Shown: positions 25,211 through 39,295, counted from the stretch's first letter. The stretch is DNA of 64,000 nucleotides from Octopus bimaculoides (GCF_001194135.2 NC_069005.1:3739502-3803501); one strand, 5' to 3'. Numbers and translations are program-made. Notes: a model not told the origin generated them from the sequence alone.

Positions 25211-25426
25211 ATCCTCTCTAATCTAGGTACAACGCCCGAAATTTTGGGGGAGGGGGCCAGTCGATTAGATCCACCCAGTAAGCCACTGGTACTTAATTCA
25301 TCGACCCCGAAAGGTTGAAAGGCAAAGTCGACCGCGGCAGAATTTGAACTCAGAACATAAAGACATACGTAATACTGCAAAGCATTGCGCCCGGCATGCT
25401 AACGCTTCTGCCAGCTCGACGCCTTA
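25211..25426 (-). mobile_element. SINE family A, well preserved
   Basis: Reverse complement of family A over its whole length. Confidence 0.9.
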
Positions 25427-26259
25427 AAGCAACACAGTAATTGCAGCCGTCAACATCATAGGCAGTAATGTCTAATTCGTAATATCAAACATCATATGAA
25501 TGGTATATTACCCCAGCCACCCCGCCATGAGAACTTGTAAGGAAATATGGTATACGAACCAGCCTTTTATCAAATATATCCTTGTTTATAGGAAATGACG
25601 AAATGTATAGGCATTTTCCGATCAGAAACCAAAAAAAAAATAAGTTAAACAAAAAAACTCCAAATAAAACTGAGCAAAAACATTGTGTCTTTTTTTTTCT
25701 TTCATTTCTATAACTCCTCCCATACTCTTGAGTCTCTGTTATTGGTCAACTGAGGTAGGATATTGTGGCCATCTCTGTCGCGCTAAATAAGAGATTATAA
25801 CGGATGATATATTTTGGCGACTTCCGCAGTCTAATCTTTATCAAAACAACTATTGCATAATTTGAGGTAGAAATTACGAATATAGCTGAATGTATTAAAT
25901 ATTGAACATTACTTCTACGTAGTGCTGCAGCTCGTAACTCCCCCTCCCTGTCCCTCTCCCTTCTCCTCCTCAGTTTCTATGATTCTTTCTCTCTCCACAA
26001 TGTTTACATACAGCATCCCTTTACTCATTGTCTGGTAACGTACTAGTTCTCTCACACTGCATCTGTCAGGGTTAACTCTCTTTGCACTTCTATTTGCTTC
26101 TCTCTCCTCTCTCTATACGATGGAAGACTTGTAGGGAGAAAGTAACCAAACAACATGTATATCAGCTAATCGTTGTAATGAGATGTATGTATAATAGACA
26201 CACAAACACTGTCATATGTGTTATGTATACCACGCGCATGTATACATACAAACAATCTT

Positions 26260-26344
<85 letters not shown>

Positions 26345-26345
26345 G

Positions 26346-26493
26346 GGTGCAGGAGTGAGTGTGTGGTAAAAAATTTGCTTCCCAACCACATGATTCCAAG
26401 TGGCAACTTAGGCAAGAGTCTTCTAATGTTGCCTCGGGTCGACCACACCCTCTTGAGTGGATTTGGTAGACGGAAACTGAAAGAATCCCATCG

Positions 26494-26529
<36 letters not shown>

Positions 26530-26705
26530 CTTGACTTTGTATCTGTTTTGTCACCACACCATCGCTACACAACTGACTTTATTTGTGTACTCTCCCATAA
26601 TTTAGCTGTTTCAACAGTAAAAGTACCAGGCTTAACAAAAACCGAAAATCAAAATTACTAGGGTTGATTTGTTCTTCAAGGTGGTACCCCAGCATTATCA
26701 CTGTT
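26346..26705 (+). mobile_element. SINE family B
   Basis: tgtgtggtaaaaaatttgcttcccaaccacatg...gagtggatttggtagacggaaactgaaagaa. Confidence 0.8.
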
Positions 26706-28499
26706 TAGTGACTAAAACAAGACAGATAAGAGGCGTGTGTGTGTTTGTGTGTGTAAAAGTTCAGTCTATTCTCCCGTTGCCTAGTCTTGCAGCTATAAAA
26801 CCGAACACGTCACAATATTCTTCTGTTCAGAGTAAAATAACGTTATTCATTTTATATCCGGGAATGACTCATTTTCTTCAACAATACTCTTGGGAAATAT
26901 TTGCGAACGTTTTTGCTGCTATCATTGTTTCGGCAGCTGCTGTATGTGTTATGTATGCTCGTGGTGACCCTGATTGACGAAAGCCTTTAATCTGAGGGCA
27001 TGCTGGTAGTCGACTAAACGTTTTAAGAAGCATCCGCAAGTACACAATTTTTCCGATGTGAAGCCTTTTAGAATCTGGTACTGGAGAACTAAGTAATGCA
27101 GACACGGCCTTGGTGATGGTGGCTGCGATCACCAAAAGTAGGGGCCTCGATGCACAGCCAATTTTCCCAGGGTCCGCTCTCATGATTCGTGCTTCGCTTG
27201 AGTGTGGTTTGCCTCGAAAGCGATATAGAAAAATATAGATAGATAGTTTTATATATTTATATATATATATATATATATATATACATCGATATGTTGTACT
27301 TATTTCCTTGACGCTAGAACGGAGTCGAGCCGAGCAGATTTGAAAATCTGATGTCGGTTGCCACAAACACAATGAAAGAAGAAACACTAATTTTCTTTTA
27401 CATTGTACGAAAATTTTCTACTAACACACAGCCCTTATGAGGAGCGACATATATAGCGTATAACATTGATTTTAATTCTAGCTTGTGGTATCATATATAA
27501 GCTTATCACATTCGAATCTTGAATCCGATAATGATAATGTGCTATTTGATAAAAGTAATAGAGTAATATAGTTAAAATGGATTGACAAATATCTGATAAA
27601 AAAGTTAGATTGGATAAAATCTGATGAAAATAATCGTAAAATCGTAGAAAAATAATATGTGACGAAATGATTAAAAAATATCTGATTTGAATAAAAAAAA
27701 ATGATTGTGTATTATGTATGAAAAAAAAAATATTCAGAAATATGCAGTAAATGTTGTTGAGTAATGTGACACAAAAAGAAAAATGATCGGCAAAAACATG
27801 TCACAAAAAGGATATTGTAATAGATGCTAAAATGGAATAGATGTATACGTGTTCAAAAGGATTCCTACATATGTGTTTAATATGATTGCGTGTTGACATG
27901 AATAGAATATATGATGAGTAAGATGCATCTCCACTGTACGTATTATGGAATGCCAATAATACACACACATGTGTGTGTGTATATATATATATATATATAA
28001 ATAATGTGCGTGTGTGTGTTTTGCTGGTCATACGTGTGCGTTTAATTTACATTATGTTTGCGGGTAATGTATATTTCCATTTAAAAATTATGCAACTCTT
28101 TTTCAGCTCCCATTGCTGGAAAAAAATACTTAGCAATTTTTAGACTGTAAAGGAAAGCACTCTGCTGGAAACACTGGCATGCGCATACAAATCTCATAGG
28201 TGAATTAAAACTCAGAGTTACTCATATGCAGAATTAGGAGGAACTACTGAAGCTCTTGTAAATCCATTAGAATACGTCCCACTTGCCGTCTCTTATCAAC
28301 CATAGACATCTTGAACTGGTCTTAACTGCCGTGCCTACTTTCAGTTGTCTTGGTTCCACTAACTATTTTTTGCGGTGTAGCCCGAAGACTTTCCTTGATA
28401 AGAGAGTCCGCGACTAAATTCTGATCTTTGGTTTTTTGTTTTTTGTTTTTTTTTTACCGGGTAGGAAATATTGAATAAACGAACGTTGGTTTAAGGGGT

Positions 28500-30000
28500 G
28501 AATAACTTATCGAATGTCCTTTCTTGTTTATGAAGCCTCGTGTCTTTGTGCTCCTATTATGATCTTCCTTTGTGATGTTTGGTTTACGTTCACGATTAAG
28601 ATAATTACCAGCGAAAAGCTGCAGACTTTCCTTTAGCAATAATTCTTTTCAGTTTAAGAGGTGACGGTCGAACTTAGGTTGTCTCATCAGAATTATTCGT
28701 TTGTTGTTTCTCTAACAGCATAGTCACTTCGTTAGACAAACTTTCTCTCTGGGACACTAGCAACTCATTCACGTCAACCTCCATGACTTTTTCAAATCCT
28801 ACATCCTGTTCAAGTGTTACAATATCTATCCGACTTTATGTAGACCTTCTGCTTGAGAAAAACTCGTAATATCTCGAACAGGATCTGGTCATATACTTTT
28901 CGAAGCATTATTCAATGTTGACTATTCATGACTCATCTATATTACGCCCAGCATCCGTTATGTTGACTTTATCCCAGTCGTCTCTGACTGTAAGTCTATC
29001 CTCCCTATCAATTGCTTTCATGGGTTGTTTTGAATGTTCTCATATGATATGCCTTCAAAGTAGCTATCTCACCTTAATCCATTGGCTGGAGAAAAGAAGT
29101 TGTATTCGTTAAGTTATATTCTACTCTCCCTTATTAGAAAGGTCGATGGGTTGCTCGGTGCATTGTCTAAAAGTAACTCTGCTTCTTTGGCAATATTATA
29201 TCTGGTATTGTACAACAGAGCAAAAAATGTTTTTAAATCACTTTTTTAATATGTTCTTAGTCATTCAGGACTTCTTATTTAAATGCGTGATCACTAAACT
29301 TTCTTTAACTATTGTAAGCTCGTTCATTTTCGTACTGGTACATGCTTGAACTTCATATCATCAGCGCCATTTCCTCCAAAATGAAGAGTCAGACGATTTT
29401 GAAATTCTTTATTCCCTGGTGTTCCTTTTACCGCTGTAGAAAGAAAAGTTCTAGCCGATACGCACATCCAGGAAATGCATTCTCATCAACATTGTATACT
29501 TGATCTGGTTCGTAACCCCCTTCAGCAATCATTTTCCTCAACTGCTCCGGATAATTAGTGACCGCCCCTGAATCAGTGCTAGCAGTTTCTGTATTCGTTT
29601 CTATGTGGTGAAATTTTTCAAACTAGCCGTTACTAGCTAAAAGAATATATATTTTTAAAAAAATTAGTAGTCTTACCTTCCTATTTTCTGTCTTGTTTGA
29701 ATTACGGTAGCGTTTATCGGCACATTACGCCAGTTCTGTTCCTCGACCCATACACTCAAAAGTCATTCTAGTTTAAGAATTACATTTAGAACAATCAAGA
29801 CAAAAGGTCCGTACAGTTAACGGAGGAGTTTCGTGAGTACTTGGCATAATTTCCTCTTTCTTGTCACGTATTTGTCCCACTGTAAACGTTGCAAGATTTA
29901 AAGCTTTGTCTATCTTAGTTTTACTTCCGCATCATGTATTTTTATAACGTCAAGTATCCAGTGCAACTTCTTTACGGTCTCTTTACGCACTACTGCCTCT
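28500..30000 (-). pseudogene. Fossil Tigger/pogo-family (TIGD1/CENP-B-like, DDE_1) transposase, near full-length, with stops and frameshifts
   Basis: Colinear minus-strand motifs: LDVIKIHDAE (HTH), NLATFTVGQIRDKKEEI, LLSVWVEEQNWRNVPI (CENP-B-type HTH), FLASNG*FEKF, ASTDSGAVTNYPEQLRKMIAEGGYEPDQVYNVDE, LLLDNAPSNP, NTTSFLQPMD*GEIATLKAYHMRTF, VRDDWDKVNITDA, DVNELLVSQRESLSNE. TIRs not found. Confidence 0.85.
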
Positions 30001-30974
30001 AGTTTTGCTTGATAGCTTCTTTTCAGGCATCTTAAATTGAAGGCAAATCCATCAGCACCAGGGATTAATAATCTACAACAAATATGTAGTAAAAAAATAA
30101 TTGGCCCAGTAAAGATTTGATTTGTGAGAGCAGAGAATTGTCTGATACTCATGGATGCAATAATGAAAATCAGATGAAAAAGTGATTGAGGAAGAGAAAA
30201 TACTACGCTATTACAGTTAACTGAACGATCACTACATTTTATTAGCAATTCACCCTTTGTTTTTCTGACCAAATACACTTCCTCACACACACTTTCATAC
30301 ACATAGACAGATATACTAATCCACACTCGTGTTGGCGTACTTGCTTATACCACTTGCAGTCAGATGGATTCTAAATTTGGTGGGACAGTTGTGTCGATTA
30401 CGTGGATTGGTTTAGATATTAGCAATGGTGGGCGTGTATTGTTGGTGGAATGGTAGTCATACTGTTCATCTTTCTAATTGTATTGTTGTGGGTGTTTGGT
30501 CTAAAATCAATCCTCGTAGACCTATGATCAAAGAAATTTCATTCAGCATTTAAAATACAGAGGATACCACAGTTTATATTTTCATTTGAAATGGATTTGC
30601 TTATCTACTTCATACTACATAATTCTGTTTTCTCTTCTCGGTTTTGTTGGTGTTGTTGATAGAAAGACAAAAGCAAACATGTCTGCACGCATAAACACTC
30701 ACACACACACACAAACACACAAACGCAGCGTCAGTAAATCATAAATTTGAAAGTGAAATACACTCTAAATATTCAAGTGTTGGATACGTTCCTAGAAGTA
30801 CTCCAATATATCACATTCGCTGCTTATGGTTACCTGCCGCAATACGAGATTCCGTAAGAGCGAAATTATGAATTGTGGCCTGAAATTAACGGTCATTCAT
30901 TAATATCCATAGGCGCGAAAACCCGTAACCTAACGGATAATCGTAATACAAGGGATACATGTGTATGTCTGTAT

Positions 30975-31005
<31 letters not shown>

Positions 31006-31016
31006 GAGTTGGGTAT

Positions 31017-31076
<60 letters not shown>

Positions 31077-31679
31077 GAATTTGTTCTCTACTTCATAAGT
31101 CTTTTAGTTAGATTTCGCTCGGGGAACTTCTGGAACTTGATATTGTAATTACTAGCATGTTCTTTGACATGTCATATGTAATTGGATAATATTGTTGTAT
31201 TCCTCATTTCTATATGACTAAGAGAAAAGAGACAGTAATTGAATTTACGTTCAGTAAAGTCACCTTTCATCATCTTTGCATACTGCTGTTACTCTAATTT
31301 AAGCTTCGACATGATGGAGTTGATACTGCTTCAAATATATTCACTTGAGTATTACATAAATGAATTCAGCGGTATGCAATTATACTTCTGATGGATATGG
31401 GGTAAGTCTCTGTTAAGATTGTTCGCGTGTATTTGAGAAGATATATCATATGAAGAATTTACATGTAACACAATAAAGACTGGTTTCGGTTAGATAATTT
31501 TTAGGAATGGTGTATGTTTCGTAAAAGCTTGTGTATGAAAAGAAAAATGACGATTTAGCGATATGCAAGTATAAGACGTAAAGTTGCAGTAGGTGTTAAT
31601 CAGGTAACGTTGTTTCAAACTCTACTGAGCATTTGAGAGGGAAATGCGAAGGACATAAGTTTAGGTGTCATTTAGGAAA

Positions 31680-31830
31680 TAGGCACAGCCTTCGCTGTGT
31701 CGTTAGGAAGTTCCCTTCTAAGTCAGAGGGTTCTGTGTTTAGTCTCACTGCGTGTCAAGTTGGGTAAGTATCTTCTACTATAGCACCACCTGTCCGACCA
31801 AAAGCTTGAAAGTGTGGTAGTAGATACGTA
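31680..31830 (+). mobile_element. SINE family B head, degenerate
   Basis: aggcacagccttcgctgtgtcgttaggaagttcccttct...tcttctactatagc...ccgaccaaaagctt. Confidence 0.55.
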
Positions 31831-32323
31831 AAAACAAGAGACAAATTTACTTCATTTGTAGAACGTGTATAATAGAATTATATACACATAAAAAGAATGA
31901 AAGCGGATCTAAGGTTCCAGATTATACTCTTTCTCAAAGATTAGGAAATTAAATAAAAGAAGAGAAAATGATTTACATAGGGTAGCAAAAAAAAACAAAG
32001 TGTATTCGTATGTATGTATCTCTCTNNNNNNNNNNNNNNNNNNNNNNNNNNNNNNNNNNNNNNNNNNNNNNNNNNNNNNNNNNNNNNNNNNNNNNNNNNN
32101 NNNNNNNNNNNNNNNNNNNNNNNNNNNNNNNNNNNNNNNNNNNNNNNNNNNNNNNNNNNNNNNNNNNNNNNNNNNNNNNNNNNNNNNNNNNNNNNNNNNN
32201 NNNNNNNATTCTTTATTCAGGACAACGAGCGTTTCAACCCATTCTGCATGTGTTCCTTATGGGAGGGATATAGTGCTTCTAGTTGTGTTATATACACACA
32301 TGCGTATACACATACTACAACAG

Positions 32324-32379
<56 letters not shown>

Positions 32380-35300
32380 GTGTACGTATATGTGTGTTTG
32401 TGTATATACATGCGTTTGTTTTTGCTTCAAGATATATAGCAAGACAGTTTAATATTAGAATAAGGGAATGCTCAATACGTTGTTGCAGAAAACACATTCA
32501 TGAAATTTCTCAAGTAAAACTTCTCAATGACTTCCCAGTTTCACCTTCCTAATCGTCATCACAGCCTGGTTTACTTTCGTTTTGCTGGCTCTAAGCATAG
32601 GCTGTAACAAGTTGCCCCTTTTGTTGATAGCGTAACATTAATATAAATTCGGTATATATTATTCAGGCAATAAAATTGATTGAATAGCAAATGATGATAG
32701 AGAAGGACAGAAGGAAATATATTTCACATTGTTTTGGTGGAAAGAATGCGATAGTACAAATAATTTTTTTCTAGTTTATAAATGAGCTTATTGCTTGGGT
32801 TCGTCCATGCATGTATATAATGAGGAGCGTATTTTTAAGAGTTCATGTAGCAGATGTTTCAGCTCTCAGTTTGTATTATATGGAAACATTGTTTTGACAA
32901 ATCAAGATTATTTGTACTCAGGACGGTTTCCGTATATGAATGTATAATAGGACAAATAAATATGAAAGTATGATAAAAACTAACACAGAATGAAAACGGG
33001 AGATGTATTTTTTAAAAAAAGAATTCTGAATGTTACCGCTAATATATTAATAATAGCATCATTACTAATCTCTAATGTTGTTATTCTATGTATTGTGTAC
33101 ATGATGCTTAACTGTGGGAACCCAAATATATAATCCGTTGCGTACAGAACATTTCTATAATGTAAATTCTACGTCCAACATGAATGTTACTATGAATGTT
33201 GTTATTCAGTTCAGTTTTTGGTCTCTTGAACTCCACAGCAAGAAAATCATTTAAGTAACGTTAAAATCCGCATACCGGCTACGAAAAATTGTGTGGCATT
33301 TATGGATATTTGACAATCTTTACAAGTTGTACGCGTACTACACGCGCAGGTATATAATTAACTAATTCAGCGCAACACTTTGCAAATGGCCCAAATTTAG
33401 AATATGTGCAAATAATTGTGAATTAACCCGACTATTTTTTTTTCTGATTTTACTTAACCATTATTATATCCTGCTTAGCATTTTATGTTCATATACGGCT
33501 TCTTTCCATTTCTTATATGTTCATGCTTTTGCTGTATGTCTGAAGAAAACATAATTGTTAACAAACACTCGTAAAGGTCAGGGAAGGTTTTTCAGTTAGG
33601 TTTTGCTAACGTTAAAATATTTAAATGTGTTTCCGTTTGGCGAAGCTTGTGAACTTGCATTTTCCTATTTAATTTTTGTTACGAATGCTGAAGTCAGCAT
33701 TACTATTGCTATCTATCATAAAGTCCTTGTTTCTCTGCGTGATTTATCGGTGGAAGTACATTTGTTATCTTTTTTTTTTCTAAAATACTTCCTAATATAT
33801 TTTGTGTGTCTTTTTTGCTTTTCATCAAAACTTGACGGGCGGTAGAGTTATAAAATCTGGTACTAAACTCACTATAGCAGACATCTGTTTCTGTTATACG
33901 ATTACGAGAAACTGCATTAAGATAGAAAAAAGCGTAATGCATATAAATATATAAATGGAGAAGAACGTAACATTTGTTCGTATAAGATATGCGGGAAAAT
34001 GGGGTGGGAACTAAAAATGTTCCAAACGATATTAATAATAAAAGCAACAGCAAAACTTTATGCCACTAAATCCAAATATGTCAAATAGAATTCTCCTACA
34101 GAGCTAGTTCAAATATTCTATTCAAGTAAAAAGCAATAAATTTAATAATAATAATAATAAGTAAATATAAAGAAAATATAGATTTCCTACGAAGAAGTGA
34201 AATTCAAGAATGAATATAATAAAAAATATATATATGTATAAGAAAACTAAATGAAATCAAAGCTGCTTGTCGTTTACAATGACAGCCATGTCATTCCGCG
34301 TATGTAGAATTTTAAAAACAAAATGTAATGCAGGCATGTGTCAGAGTAGTAAAAAAAAATATAACAGTCGGCTTCCTTAACATTTTCTTTTATGTTATCA
34401 AAATTATTCTTTGAAATATTGTAAAAGATGTTGATATTAGTAACGGAAAGTACATTTATAGTGCAACCTTCCATTTATCATATTTACAATACTGCTTTTA
34501 AGTCAGAATTTTTATCGTACTGTCTTCGTCGATATATGAATGACTAAAAAGCGAACTGTCTGCTTGAAAAAATTTCGAAAATTTTCTAGGACAATTGAAT
34601 TTACAATGATAATAACTAAATTAAATCGAGTATATTTCAGCTTCTGTATAGACAGTTGATCTGCAAGAAATCACACGCTAGCATCTATAAAATGAGACAC
34701 TAGTCTAAATTGGATTCTGCATTATATAGATATATGGTGTTAAAAAACAATAGACAGCACGGTTATAGCTGGAAGTGTTTTGACAAGGTTTTTTCTTAAT
34801 CAGTGTTGAACTGGGACTGAACAGCAATAAAAATAACAATATAAATATTGTTTATCGTTTTCTAGTGTGAAGGCAGGTCGATTGTAAATAAATACCGTGT
34901 CGTTTCTATCGTTCATTATCTCGAAATCAGTTTTTCTGAAGAAGCACATCAAAGAAATTACAGCCATGAATCTGCCGCTTCCCCCCCCCCCACAAGAAAA
35001 TCTATTTTAAACGCCATAAAAATAAAATTATCCTTCTGTTTCTTAAGTCTATATAATATATCGCATTGGCTTTGCGACATTTATTCTCGTTGTTACTGTA
35101 TACAGGTCATATCACACGAAGGGCAAATTTAAGGATAGAGAAAAACAAACAAACAAACAAATAAGCCATAGTTTCATAGTGATATTGGCGTTTTGAGCTC
35201 AATTTCCGTCGGTTTCATTTGTGGCAGACTTAATTTCATCTCTCAGTTACTCGCCCCCATTTCCTACACACACAGACACACACAGACACATACACAAGTG

Positions 35301-36399
35301 GCATTTTGCGTGCCTTCAGTGAAGTCCAGACTGTTGTAAATTTGGACGAGTTGTCTCGTGTGGAGATTACCTCCTTTTGCCTCCACCATTCTTTCAGGAG
35401 ACTCTGTGAATGATTACGTGTTCAAGATTTCTTCCTGGCAAAATATTTGAATATGTCAATTTGAAAATTAATACAGTATCTGTCGTGGTTTTCATGTTTA
35501 AACTATGGTCAATACTGATGAAGCAGGCCCACTTTTATGATCACTCTCGGAATATGTATACTTGGATAAGATGCAAATTTACTCATGGTGTGGTTGCATT
35601 TTAAGTGGCTAGAGAGTTAAAAGTTATTATTTGGCTGCTGTTTCTATATATTAGGTAAAACCCCATTCAGTGTTTTAATCACAATCGTGTTGTTTGCTAT
35701 TGCTAAGTTCCAGATCAGAACTAGAAATAAGAGAACTAAATTTTCAATATTCGAAGGAAATTGTCTATTGTAGGTTTGAATTTGAGCGACCACGTTGCGG
35801 GTCCGTACTGTGTCAAATGCGATGAAATAAAACCTGAATGTTTCCCCATAGAACATTAAAATAATAGCTGCAGAATTAAGAGAAAGAAATAGAATACGCT
35901 CGGCATATGAATTCTATGAAGAATAAAAAATGGTTTTTTTCTATGATACACAACCACTAAATCATGTTAATAAATTTCACTACAAACATTGAAACATAAC
36001 GCTAGAGAAACTGTAAACCAGCTATTCGAGAATCGCACACCATACAACAAGAACAAATCTATGAGGGTCTCCAGCTGCTATAAATTGCTAATGTACTAAA
36101 TCAACCCGAAATGGCAGCTTGCCGCCTGCCAAATGATACGCTGTAATTATTGTAACTGTTTTTGAACACTAATATTGATCTCGTCTTGACATCGTTTGAT
36201 CTTCGTTATGTTCCTTGTGGGTGGACTTGGGATTAAACAACATTAAAATCAAAGAAATATACCGAACAAACTCTTCAATATTCGTCTATATCTCGCTGAA
36301 TATTATCGAACATAATGATAGCTATTTATATATATTAAAGTAACGACATAAACGTGAAGAATCAGAAAGTTATAGGAAGAGAAGGAATAAATGAATGAG

Positions 36400-37140
36400 G
36401 CAAATGCAACATGAAACAGCAAAAGAATTGAATGTGAGACAATGTTTCTAAGAAAAGAATAACGTTCAATTGCTGTAAACAACACACATATTCATGATAA
36501 CATGAATTGAGACAATGAATAAGGTAAAATTAAATACAATTTGCCTCGACAAAACACAGGAAGTGATAACAGGAACCTCTTTCATTGTAGATTTGCTCGA
36601 TCAGGCATGGGACTAAATAATTTCGACAACTGCAACAACTTAAATGCTAATATAACTTCAATAGCCGAAAAAAAAAAGGAACAACTAACATCAAATCGAG
36701 ATCTTCTCAATAAGAATACAGAAAGAACTGCAATGAATTTCTTTAGACTAAACGCAGTCATCCAGAAAGCATGATAGAGGAAATTGCAGAAACACTCGAA
36801 GCAAAAACATTAATAAAATTTGACATATATCACAAACTAGCAATAGGTTATATAACATAAGAAAATAGTCTTTTAATGGGAAAGATAATCGTGCATTGGA
36901 AATAATTATACGAGAAATATATGATATAGATGCAATTGGTATGAAATTAAAAATAAAATGTACGCCACAACTAAAAGCAGTAACTCAGTAACTATTTGTA
37001 GTGACGTCGAAAAATAGAAATACACAACAAAACCTAGTCTGGAATCAAAATCTTTAGCAGGAAATTAACCGAAAAAGAAACGTTATAGAAATCTATGTGA
37101 AATCGAAAGCAAGAACAGAGAAATATCAGCCACTCCTCTG
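36400..37140 (+). mobile_element. Decayed C-terminal region of an RLE-type non-LTR retrotransposon ORF (R4/Dong-like)
   Basis: Ordered remnants LDKTQEVIT, GMGLNNFDNC, HKLA..GKIIVHWK (36879-36902), DVENRNTQQNLVWNQ, TEKYQPL (37115-37135). Strongly A-rich sense strand. Matches recalled, not searched. Confidence 0.45.
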
Positions 37141-37229
37141 AACATATAATAATAACAATGATAATATATGTATGAAAGAATGTTAACTGAAAAGAACGTA
37201 CGGAATAAAAGATAAAATCTACAGACAGT

Positions 37230-37540
37230 AGTCAAATGATGAGGAAAAAATTGGTATTGGATAATATATATAAGAAAGAAAGCCAAATAAAATGCTTCAA
37301 GATGATAAACAAAGAGTTTACAAGGATTAAAGCCACATAACCATAAAAGTACAGAATCTCTCAGACGAGTAGAAAGAAACGTTTGGAGATAAATACGTGA
37401 AGTAGAAATATCCCATAAAAACAAAGCAAACACTCTACATAACAAAGGATAAAAATTAACCACGGAATCGTACAAACACAATGGAAGCTATAACCTAAAC
37501 TGGCAACTGAAAGTTATTGGTATATGCAAAGTTCAAAATG
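37230..37540 (+). mobile_element. Decayed pre-RT region of the same type of non-LTR ORF
   Basis: PNKMLQDDKQRVYKD (37283-37327), VWR*IREVEISHKNKA, WKL*PKLATESYW, recalling the QNRLF..DQKRFY / FW..IW...VEHN / WKAPG.D...GYW pattern. Confidence 0.4.
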
Positions 37541-38074
37541 TCAGGAGAAAATGTCTACTATTCTTACACATAAGCATCGCGTAATGCTCTAATTTTATAA
37601 CTCGTGCACAACAGAGAACAGACAATAAAGCGTATGTCAATATATATGTGTGTGTGTGTGTGTATATATNNNNNNNNNNNNNNNNNNNNNNNNNNNNNNN
37701 NNNNNNNNNNNNNNNNNNNNNNNNNNNNNNNNNNNNNNNNNNNNNNNNNNNNNNNNNNNNNNNNNNNNNNNNNNNNNNNNNNNNNNNNNNNNNNNNNNNN
37801 NNNNNNNNNNNNNNNNNNNNNNNNNNNNNNNNNNNNNNNNNNNNNNNNNNNNNNNNNNNNNNNNNNNNNNNNNNNNNNNNNNNNNNNNNNNNNNNNNNNN
37901 NNNNNNNNNNNNNNNNNNNNNNNNNNNNNNNNNNNNNNNNNNNNNNNNNNNNNNNNNNNNNNNNNNNNNNNNNNNNNNNNNNNNNNNNNNNNNNNNNNNN
38001 NNNNNNNNNNNNNNNNNNNNNNNNNNNNNNNNNNNNNNNNNNNNNNNNNNNNNNNNNNNNNTGTATTTATATAT

Positions 38075-38117
<43 letters not shown>

Positions 38118-38838
38118 CGTGAGTGCATGTGTGATATTATAACACACACAAACAGGTTGTATTGTTTCGAGAAGCTAGTACAATGCAAGAAATAATAGCA
38201 GTCGATATTGTATTTCAATATCTCACAGCAAGGATCCCTTCTCAGTTATCTTGAAAGTAATGCGGTGGTGAGCTGACTCCTTTGTTCTAACTCGTTCTCT
38301 CCGAAACAAGTAACAATATTTATTTTTATCTGACGCTATAAGAGAAATTTTACATTAAAATCAAGTATTACTCAGTTATATTTGTAGAGTAGATTTATGA
38401 TTCTATAACAGGAACAACGTTGACAGTGATCTCGAAGTTTCTGCTTCCCAAGAAGTTATCGAGTAGTCTGACAAAGACTGTGCAGGCTGAAACATTTAAG
38501 TCTATGTCAATACTTTTTGCCTTCATTATACATGTGTGTGTGCGTGTTTGTTTGTGTGTGTATATGTGTATAAAATAAAATTTCCTGAAGAACGTGGGTA
38601 CAAACTTTTAACCCCTAATTTTTCCTCTCTTTGACTTCCATGATTATTATTCTTAATATTTGATAATATGTAAATATCGAAACCTCTTATAGTCTAAAAC
38701 ACTCTCTGCAACAAATATATGAAACAATCTCTAAAATAAAAGGCAAGGATAAGCAGAACAAATTTAAATTAGGCATGAGGAGAGAGAGAGAGGGAGAGAT
38801 GCATACACGCGCGCACACGCACACACACAGTCTTTCTC

Positions 38839-38845
<7 letters not shown>

Positions 38846-38904
<59 letters not shown>
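38846..38904. repeat. (CA)n microsatellite
   Basis: Direct reading. Confidence 0.95.
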
Positions 38905-38907
<3 letters not shown>

Positions 38908-39062
38908 GATTGTTTTATTGTGTTTTACAGTGTCATGTCATTCTATACCTATAATATGGAGTGTACTCTCTCAAAGAACGTACACGTTTATGAAGGAGCT
39001 GTTTAATTATATCGAATGATCTACAATATTTCCATAACTGTGGTTGAAACGCAATCAATTTA

Positions 39063-39295
39063 TTGGGCTGGTGCATAATTTTTGCGGCTCATTTAAACAA
39101 ATTTTATTCAACAAAAACAATAACAATATTTAACAAAAATGTCTTTAAATGACCGTCTGCCAAGCAAACGGGAAGCAGTAATTGGTGAATATGCTCCAGA
39201 ATAATCATGTAAAGATGTTTTTGCTACGTGTTGTTATTGCTTTTGTTGAGTAGAATTTATTGAAAAAAAGCCGCAATAATTATGCACCAACCCAA
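39063..39295 (+). mobile_element. Mariner-derived MITE (233 bp) with TA target-site duplication
   Basis: TA|ttgggctggtgcataatttttgcggct ... agccgcaataattatgcaccaacccaa|TA. Imperfect inverted repeat extends ~65 bp. Terminus resembles Hsmar1-type TIRs. Internal DRLPSKREAVIGEYAPE* resembles a mariner transposase C-terminus. Confidence 0.9.

Noticed and set aside
29433-29678. Good-looking minus-strand donor (aag|GTAAGA, ~29677) and acceptor (ttttctttctacAG, ~29433)
   Set aside because: The would-be intron contains colinear transposase motifs (GGYEPDQVYNVDE), so it is TE coding sequence rather than an intron.
29910-30326. 138-aa minus-strand ORF as a stand-alone gene
   Set aside because: Only its last ~25 codons resemble anything (the Tigger N-terminal HTH); the rest starts in a CA-repeat.
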